Source: a virus
Taxonomy: Duplodnaviria; Caudoviricetes
Direction: 5' to 3' (one strand)
Virus record (IMG/VR): IMGVR_UViG_3300037834_000023
Span: 1 to 40,964 of that record
DNA length: 40,964 nucleotides
Of the stretch, positions 35,707 through 40,964 are shown piece by piece. A program made the translations under genes and the position numbers. Under the pieces are notes generated by a model that had not been told where the DNA came from, did not search any database, and saw only the letters and a list, made by a program, of their open reading frames with translations. How positions within the stretch are numbered: the stretch's first letter is position 1; every line of letters starts with the position of its first letter.

Positions 35707-36080
35707 GCCACCACCTCGCGGGACATTTCCCCCAAATATCCCGTGGACGCACTTGCACCATCCCCGCTATCCACATCTGAATGAGAAGCGACCGCATCCC
35801 CGCCATGACATTGCGCGACCTCGGCATTGGCTGCCGACGCGATATTCTCGAAATTGTCGAGCAGGTCGGCGGCCGCTTGCGGAATCACATTGTCCGGCCA
35901 GTTCGCCGCATCGCGGAAAAAGGTCAGGAATTTTTCGAATGAGCGCGTCGTGCAGCTGCCGTCGCTCGCGATACGCGCAAAAAACCGGCTGTCGCCCTGT
36001 TGCTTCGAACCCAGCGTTGCAAGGCTTTGACCGGACAGGCCCGCCCAGAGGGTTGCGATAAGATGCAATTGCTCGGTCAT
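35703..36080 (-). CDS. cro: Cro-like protein
   Basis: Divergent from CI; SLATLG....DSRFFARI...CTTRSFEK pattern. Confidence 0.75.
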   Translation of the reverse strand: MTEQLHLIATLWAGLSGQSLATLGSKQQGDSRFFARIASDGSCTTRSFEKFLTFFRDAANWPDNVIPQAAADLLDNFENIASAANAEVAQCHGGDAVASHSDVDSGDGASASTGYLGEMSREVVA

Positions 36081-36120
36081 TCGCACGGGTCATCACCTGC
36101 TTTGTTGGACTGCGGTTTTA

Positions 36121-36164
36121 ATGCGGTTTTATTTCCGCATTTGTCAACGGCAAATGTTCCGCGT
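36121..36164. promoter_or_regulatory. cro/cI operator pair (CGG-N8-CCG) flanking a minus-strand TTGACA
   Basis: ATGCGG-TTTTATTT-CCGCAT (36121-36140), CAACGG-CAAATGTT-CCGCGT (36145-36164); TTGACA at 36147-36142. Confidence 0.75.
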
Positions 36165-36197
36165 GACGAAAATAGTTTTTGCCGCGACAATAACCGC

Positions 36198-36926
36198 ATG
36201 TCGGATCAATCGGTTATCTTCTTTCAAAGGCTGGACGAACGCATGCGCGCGATCGGCGGGCTCAGCGACCGCGCGCTGTCTTTGAAAGCCGAAGGCTCTG
36301 CCGACCTCATCCGCTCGGCGCGCCGCAACGGCCATGTTCCCAACGCCCGAAACCTGTCGGCAATTGCCCGCGCGCTCGGCGTCACCACCGACTGGCTGCT
36401 GGGCCGCGACGGCGCGCAGGAAATCCTGCCATCCGACGCGGGTTTCAGCGACGCGCGGCTCGATTTCGTGCCACAGCGCCCTCAACGCGACTTACCCGTG
36501 CTGGGGACCGGCCATTGCGGCACAATCGAATTCGGGTTGAACGGTGATGCGGTGAAGATCGAACAGACGCAGTTCGAACCGACAACCGTGATCCGCTACG
36601 TCACGCGTCCGCTCGCGCTGATGGGCGTGCCGACCGCTTATGCCATCTATTTTGTCGGCGAATCGATGTACCCGCGCTTTCAGGCGGGCGAGATGGGTAT
36701 CGTCGACCCGCGCCGACCGCCCGCGCGCGGCGACGACGTGCTGGTGCAGCTGCGCAGCGAAGACAGCGACGAAATCACCAGCATATTGGTCAAGCGCCTG
36801 GTGCGGCAGTCACCTGACTTTGTCGAGCTCGAGCAGTATAATCCGGCAATCATTTTCAAAGTGCCGGTCACGCGCGTCGCGCGCATCCACCGCATCGTTC
36901 CGCCGGCGGAACTGCTCGGCGGCTAA
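36198..36926 (+). CDS. cI: CI-like repressor (HTH plus S24 autopeptidase)
   Basis: IARALGVTTDWLL; catalytic GESMYP and LVKRL; probable Cys-Gly scissile site in GHCG. Confidence 0.93.
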   Translation: MSDQSVIFFQRLDERMRAIGGLSDRALSLKAEGSADLIRSARRNGHVPNARNLSAIARALGVTTDWLLGRDGAQEILPSDAGFSDARLDFVPQRPQRDLPVLGTGHCGTIEFGLNGDAVKIEQTQFEPTTVIRYVTRPLALMGVPTAYAIYFVGESMYPRFQAGEMGIVDPRRPPARGDDVLVQLRSEDSDEITSILVKRLVRQSPDFVELEQYNPAIIFKVPVTRVARIHRIVPPAELLGG

Positions 36927-37433
36927 TCAGTCGTATTTCATGCCAAGATCCGATAACATTCCGAGCCGCTGACCGCTTCGATAGCCGTAAGCTACCACAT
37001 ATTCACTTGTACCAAAATCGGCAGGCTGTTTACCGAACGCGGCACAGCCAACCAGCGACATTAGAGCAGTCTTCTCTCCCGCTGGCAACGCGGCCCACAA
37101 AGCGTCTTCAACATTTATGCGGGTTTTGCTTGGCCGCTCCCGCACCAACCCATCCGTTTCTGCCTGCGAAAGTGCCTTTTCACACCCATACTTCTTCTCG
37201 GCGCTGAATTCGGCCCCCGTCGATTGGTAACCATTCTCAAACTCCGTCGCTGGATCGCGCGTTGGCGTGTCACCTGACCCGCCCAGCCACAAAAGGAACA
37301 GCAACAACGCCGCGCCTCCGCCAAAAATAACACCCAGGGATGATCTGCCCTTTTGCTTGGACCGGCATTTCGGGCAGATTGTCGCTTCAGAGTCAATCAA
37401 CTCCCGGCACGCGTCACATTTTTTGGTTGGCAT
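36927..37433 (-). CDS. Zinc-ribbon single-pass membrane protein
   Basis: CDAC/CPKC, TM helix, extracytoplasmic domain; GGAG RBS; lower GC. Confidence 0.8.
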   Translation of the reverse strand: MPTKKCDACRELIDSEATICPKCRSKQKGRSSLGVIFGGGAALLLFLLWLGGSGDTPTRDPATEFENGYQSTGAEFSAEKKYGCEKALSQAETDGLVRERPSKTRINVEDALWAALPAGEKTALMSLVGCAAFGKQPADFGTSEYVVAYGYRSGQRLGMLSDLGMKYD

Positions 37434-37500
37434 TTTTCGTGGCTCCTATTCCGCCGCATCCTGACCATTTGCGGCCAAACTGACAATCCAAGAATCAGCT

Positions 37501-37554
37501 ATGCGGTTTTTATTCCGTTTTCTCTATTGACACGGTTTTTATTCCGCATATTTT
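37501..37554 (+). promoter_or_regulatory. Early promoter with two operators
   Basis: ATGCGG-TTTTTATT-CCGTTT (37501-37520), ACACGG-TTTTTATT-CCGCAT (37530-37549); TTGACA 37527-37532, TATTTT 37549-37554. Confidence 0.78.
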
Positions 37555-37717
37555 AACCCGCACCGCATTTCGCGGCATGGGGAAGTTTGATGCCTTATCA
37601 CGAAAAGGTGCGCGATACTTGGCTAGGCCGTTGTGTCGAAGCGCTCGCGCTCGCCGCTTTGTCCGCAATGATCGTCGCAGCCTTCGCTGCGATGCACGTT
37701 GGCACAGGTCCGGCGAT

Positions 37718-37954
37718 ATGACTATTACCGCAGCCACCCCTGCCACCCGCCGCCGCCCGGCCAGGGAGTATTGGCATCGCAAGTTCATCTTTGCTGCGAC
37801 GCTGACGCTCGAAGGGCGCGGCGGGCTGTATCGCGTTCGCTTCGAAACCGTGCTGCGCCGCTGGTCGGTCACAAAGAACCGTTTTGTCTATCTGCGCTGC
37901 ACCCCTTCGCGCGAACTGACGCTGATCGGCACCGATAAGAGGATCGACCGTTGA
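37718..37954 (+). CDS. Hypothetical early protein
   Basis: First ORF after the early promoter; TTGA overlap with the next gene; start uncertain. Confidence 0.55.
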   Translation: MTITAATPATRRRPAREYWHRKFIFAATLTLEGRGGLYRVRFETVLRRWSVTKNRFVYLRCTPSRELTLIGTDKRIDR

Positions 37955-38181
37955 GCGCCCGCATTCTCCCTTTCGCATCGGGTCGCGCCGACGCCCGCCG
38001 CCTGCCCTCCCCCGCGCAGGCGGCGGCAACCGCGACGCTGACCCAGCGCGGCTACGTCATCCTCTACCGCCACGGTCAGGTCAACCACTGCCCCGCCTGC
38101 GGCAAGACGCACTGGTGGATCGGCAACCGCAGCGCGCAATGCGCCTTTTGCGACACCGCACTTGATCTGCAGAGGGTTTGA
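37951..38181 (+). CDS. Zinc-ribbon early protein (gene A)
   Basis: CPACG...CAFC. Confidence 0.7.
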   Translation: MSARILPFASGRADARRLPSPAQAAATATLTQRGYVILYRHGQVNHCPACGKTHWWIGNRSAQCAFCDTALDLQRV

Positions 38182-38183
38182 CC

Positions 38184-38555
38184 ATGACCGAACAGAAAGC
38201 CGATGTGACGCTTACTGAAATCAAAGCCCTTTGGAAAAAGCACGGCGGCAAGTTTCATGGCCCGAATGTCGAACACGCATATTGCGAAGAACAAGCTTTT
38301 TACCGCTTCTGCAAAGAACTCGCAGCATGGAACGCAAGGCCCGCTGATGATGTAGTAGAGGCTTGGAGCATAATCGATCAGTTACGCGCCAATGAAGGCG
38401 ATAGCATCGAGATTTGCTATGATAATCCTGATTTTGGTGGCCCTAACTGCGTCATTGTTGTTCGCAACAGTTGGGACGTTGATGGCCAGAACTTTTACGG
38501 TGACACGGTTTTAGACTGCCTCCGCGCAGCACTCGCCAAGGCAGGTGCGCTATGA
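38184..38555 (+). CDS. Hypothetical protein (cargo 1, lower GC)
   Basis: Follows gene A; visibly AT-richer than flanks; start 38178 or 38184. Confidence 0.7.
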   Translation: MTEQKADVTLTEIKALWKKHGGKFHGPNVEHAYCEEQAFYRFCKELAAWNARPADDVVEAWSIIDQLRANEGDSIEICYDNPDFGGPNCVIVVRNSWDVDGQNFYGDTVLDCLRAALAKAGAL

Positions 38556-38707
38556 GCGCCATCCCCCTCGCCATCCGCGCCGAGTTCGAACGCCGCCGCG
38601 CACAGGGTCAGGCCGGCGTCGATGCGCGCCGCATGGACCGCGACGTCGTGAACCGCAGCGCAGAGTGCGCATTCTGCCACACCGCCCTCGATCTGCAGAG
38701 GGTATGA
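38552..38707 (+). CDS. Chimeric 51-aa gene (N-terminus of gene B plus C-terminus of gene A)
   Basis: MSAIPLAIRAEFERRRAQGQAGVDARRMDRDVVNR-SAECAFCHTALDLQRV; ATGA overlap; absent from the ORF track. Confidence 0.7.
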   Translation: MSAIPLAIRAEFERRRAQGQAGVDARRMDRDVVNRSAECAFCHTALDLQRV

Positions 38708-39016
38708 GCGATGGTCACACTGAATGGTCAGCAAGTCGTCAAGCTGCCTGCGAATGTTTGTGGCATCAAAGCAGAAGGGCCGTGTAGCCAGCACGACGAT
38801 TGGAAAGTTGAACTGACATTCAAATTCGTCGGTGGGCGCGCTTGGACCACTGATCGCGGACCCACGCTTGCATCTGCTGTCGAGGCGGCGCTTGCCAAAT
38901 ACGGTAAAACCGAATGACCATTGCCCTCGCCATCCGCGCCGAATTCGACCGCCGCCGCCAGCAGGGTCAGGCTGGCGTCGATGCGCGGCGGATGGACCGC
39001 GATGTAGTCAACCGCA
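38565..39016 (+). repeat. ~93-bp diverged direct repeat Y (38565-38657, 38924-39016)
   Basis: Both encode LAIRAEFxRRRxQGQAGVDARRMDRDVVNR. Confidence 0.9.
38711..38917 (+). CDS. Hypothetical protein (cargo 2, lower GC)
   Basis: Between repeats X2 and Y2; ATGA overlap with gene B. Confidence 0.6.
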   Translation: MVTLNGQQVVKLPANVCGIKAEGPCSQHDDWKVELTFKFVGGRAWTTDRGPTLASAVEAALAKYGKTE

Positions 39017-39318
39017 ACCTCGCGCTTTGGCGCGACATGGTGATGTGGACCGACGGTCAGGTGCCGATCGGCAAGACAGATTTTTCAGGCTGGGCAGCCG
39101 CAGCGATGACCGCCGCACACAAAACCGCCGCCCGCCTCGACCGCGCAGCGGGGTCGTCCCCCCCGCTCCCCGCTGCGCAACCCGATTCCCAAGGCTGGAA
39201 CACCGAAAGCATCGACCACGCCCGCACCTTACGCGCCGCCTCGATCAAATTCGCCAGCTACGCCACCGCCACCGCCGCCCTGCGCGGTTTGCCTGAACTT
39301 GAAAGGATCGCCGCATGA
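38914..39318 (+). CDS. Hypothetical early protein (gene B)
   Basis: ATGA coupling at both ends. Confidence 0.7.
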   Translation: MTIALAIRAEFDRRRQQGQAGVDARRMDRDVVNRNLALWRDMVMWTDGQVPIGKTDFSGWAAAAMTAAHKTAARLDRAAGSSPPLPAAQPDSQGWNTESIDHARTLRAASIKFASYATATAALRGLPELERIAA

Positions 39319-39557
39319 CGAAAAGAACCCGCATCAACCCGTTCGATAGAGGCAGCGCAGAGCATGTCCTGTACGACCGTTACCGTCGCGCCGATCTGGC
39401 CGCCAAGGTAGCGCAACGCGAGGCTGCGCTCGCCCAGGCAGAGGCCGATGGCCACCGCGCCAAGGCGCAAAGCTATGCCGACGCCCTCCGCGCCCTCGGC
39501 CACGGCGACAAGGTGCCCGGACAGGCCGCCCTGCCCGCACCGGATGCCAGCAGATGA
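39315..39557 (+). CDS. Hypothetical coiled-coil protein
   Basis: GAAAGGA RBS; ATGA coupling. Confidence 0.65.
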   Translation: MTKRTRINPFDRGSAEHVLYDRYRRADLAAKVAQREAALAQAEADGHRAKAQSYADALRALGHGDKVPGQAALPAPDASR

Positions 39558-39667
39558 ACCGGGAAGAATGGGAACGCTATGTTGCGAACATGCAAATTCG
39601 CTGGTTTGCGGCCTTTTTTGAACGGCAGACTCGCAGGTGCTTTGCGCAGAGGCCGATCCCGTGGTGA
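39554..39667 (+). CDS. 37-aa hypothetical protein
   Basis: ATGA and GTGA overlaps bridge the neighbouring genes. Confidence 0.45.
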   Translation: MNREEWERYVANMQIRWFAAFFERQTRRCFAQRPIPW

Positions 39668-40059
39668 CAACCCTGCCTATCCTCGAAACCGGCGACACCC
39701 CCGAAAACTGGGCGCAAAGGCTGGCGGCCAAAGGGTGGCCGATATCACCGCGCACCTTGCGTGAAACCGCCCGCGAAATTGGCGCTTGCCACATCCTTGG
39801 TCGCTGCATGATATTGACGCCGCAGCACGTCGAGGCGATTCTGGAGAAAAAGTCATGCCGCTCGAACTCTACCAACGCGGGCGCGTCTGGTGGGCGCGTG
39901 GCACCATCGAATATCGCGGGCGCAAAATCGGCGGATATCTGCGCGAAAGCACGGGAACATCTGACCGGTCGGATGCACAGCGCTGGGTCGAAGAATATGA
40001 AGAAGCCACCATCCGTCATTCCCTTTTCGGCGCGCAGGCAAGCGGCCCGCCCGAACTGA
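39664..40059 (+). CDS. Excisionase-like DNA-binding protein
   Basis: ISPRTLRETAREIGAC...GRCMILTPQHV winged-helix pattern; overlaps the integrase start. Confidence 0.6.
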   Translation: MTTLPILETGDTPENWAQRLAAKGWPISPRTLRETAREIGACHILGRCMILTPQHVEAILEKKSCRSNSTNAGASGGRVAPSNIAGAKSADICAKAREHLTGRMHSAGSKNMKKPPSVIPFSARRQAARPN

Positions 40060-40964
40060 CCTTCGCCGACTGCATTTGCTATTATCCCGCGCCACCGCGC
40101 GATGCCGAACGATTGTTGCGCGTCTTGCCCGAAATCGGGCATCTGCCGGTCAAATCGATCACGCCCAAAATGGTGCGCGAACTGGCCGCGCGGCTTTACC
40201 CCGATTGCTGCGTCGACACCTGGTTGCGCAATGTGATTGCGCCCGTCCGCGCCACGATCAACGCTGCGCATGACGAACTGGGCGGCGACCGGGTGCCACC
40301 GATGAAGGTGCGAGATTTCTCGCCCAAGGAACGGATCGACCAGGACAAGCTTCGCGGCAAGAAAAGTCGCGTTCCCAAAACGCCGGGCAGCTGGCCGTGG
40401 CTGCTGAAATTCCGTACCAGCGCCAACCCGCGACTATCGGCTCTGGCATTTCTGATGTTCGTTACCGGCGCACGCGTGACACAGGCGGTGACGATGCACC
40501 CGCGCGAGCATCTCGATCTTCCAAACGCCCGCGTGAAAATCCCCGGCGCAAAAGGACACGATGATCGTTGGGTTGAAATACCGATGGAACTGGTGATCGA
40601 ACTAGCCAACCTGGAGCCGCAGGTGCCGCGCGGCTTGCCGCAGACGCCAGAAAATCTGCGCGTGTTCGGCTACGCGCGCCGCGACAGCTTTCGCAAGGCA
40701 TGGGAGGCTGCAGAACGCGCCGCCGGCATCGAGCATCTGTCACCTCACGCCGCCGGACGCCACGGCTTCGGGCAGGAAATGGGCGTCCGCCAGGCAGTCG
40801 ATGAAAAGGCCGCAGAGCAAGTTGGTGGCTGGTCGAGTACCGGCGTTTTCAAACGCACGTACAATCACGCCGAAGATAGCGCGCCAAAAATCCTTGCTGC
40901 CCTTCGTACAGGTCTCGTACAGGCGGAAAAAGAAACGGGCATCAAGCTGTTGAAAACAGGCTAA
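39855..40964 (+). CDS. int: Tyrosine recombinase (phage integrase)
   Basis: N-terminal arm-binding RGRVWWARG; TGAR, K, HAAGRH, GGW, Y (TYNH); GGAG RBS before ATG 39855. Confidence 0.93.
   Translation: MPLELYQRGRVWWARGTIEYRGRKIGGYLRESTGTSDRSDAQRWVEEYEEATIRHSLFGAQASGPPELTFADCICYYPAPPRDAERLLRVLPEIGHLPVKSITPKMVRELAARLYPDCCVDTWLRNVIAPVRATINAAHDELGGDRVPPMKVRDFSPKERIDQDKLRGKKSRVPKTPGSWPWLLKFRTSANPRLSALAFLMFVTGARVTQAVTMHPREHLDLPNARVKIPGAKGHDDRWVEIPMELVIELANLEPQVPRGLPQTPENLRVFGYARRDSFRKAWEAAERAAGIEHLSPHAAGRHGFGQEMGVRQAVDEKAAEQVGGWSSTGVFKRTYNHAEDSAPKILAALRTGLVQAEKETGIKLLKTG
40905..40921. repeat. Putative integrase arm-type site, right end (CGTACA-ggtct-CGTACA)
   Basis: Same motif and spacing as 63-79; lies within the int 3' end. 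Confidence 0.55.

Larger units (their letters stand above)
38125..38707 (+). repeat. 57-bp diverged direct repeat X (38125-38181, 38651-38707)
   Basis: 48/57 identical by manual count; both encode NRSAxCAFCxTALDLQRV-stop. Confidence 0.9.
1..40964. mobile_element. Temperate HK97-like siphovirus prophage, apparently near-complete
   Basis: Lysis, tail, head, packaging, replication, CI/Cro and integrase modules in canonical order; matching arm-type repeats at both ends. Confidence 0.95.

Noticed and set aside
37560-37717. Hairpins in the early leader (e.g. TCGCAGC-CTTC-GCTGCGA, 37675-37692) as a put-like antitermination RNA
   Set aside because: Short GC-rich stems arise by chance; no covariation evidence available
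1-40964. tRNA, rRNA or IS elements
   Set aside because: None recognised by eye; a covariance-model search was not possible

Overview
The window is almost exactly one temperate, HK97-like siphovirus prophage, GC-rich by eye. An alphaproteobacterial host (probably a sphingomonad) is inferred from a GTTC-N7-GTTC LexA box and a GapR-like domain. Left to right: accessory end region (secreted SNase-like nuclease, SOS-boxed mini-operon); minus-strand late operon (spanins, holin, endolysin, signal-peptide fibre module, tail, head, terminase, HNH); replication region (palindromic origin, P4/D5 helicase, DnaG primase); two orphan DNA methyltransferase loci; Cro/CI switch with CGG-N8-CCG operators; early operon ending in xis-like and integrase genes. 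Matching CGTACA-N5-CGTACA repeats at both ends suggest the att sites lie at or just beyond the window edges. Most unusual: (1) a C5 methyltransferase whose motifs are split between two fully overlapping 457-codon frames; (2) DnaG fused to a GapR-like domain lacking its DNA-binding basic residues; (3) a tandem cassette arrangement in the early operon joined by a chimeric gene at AACCGCA; (4) a tail-fibre-like protein with a Sec signal peptide inside the lysis region. All family assignments are by eye; no searches were run.
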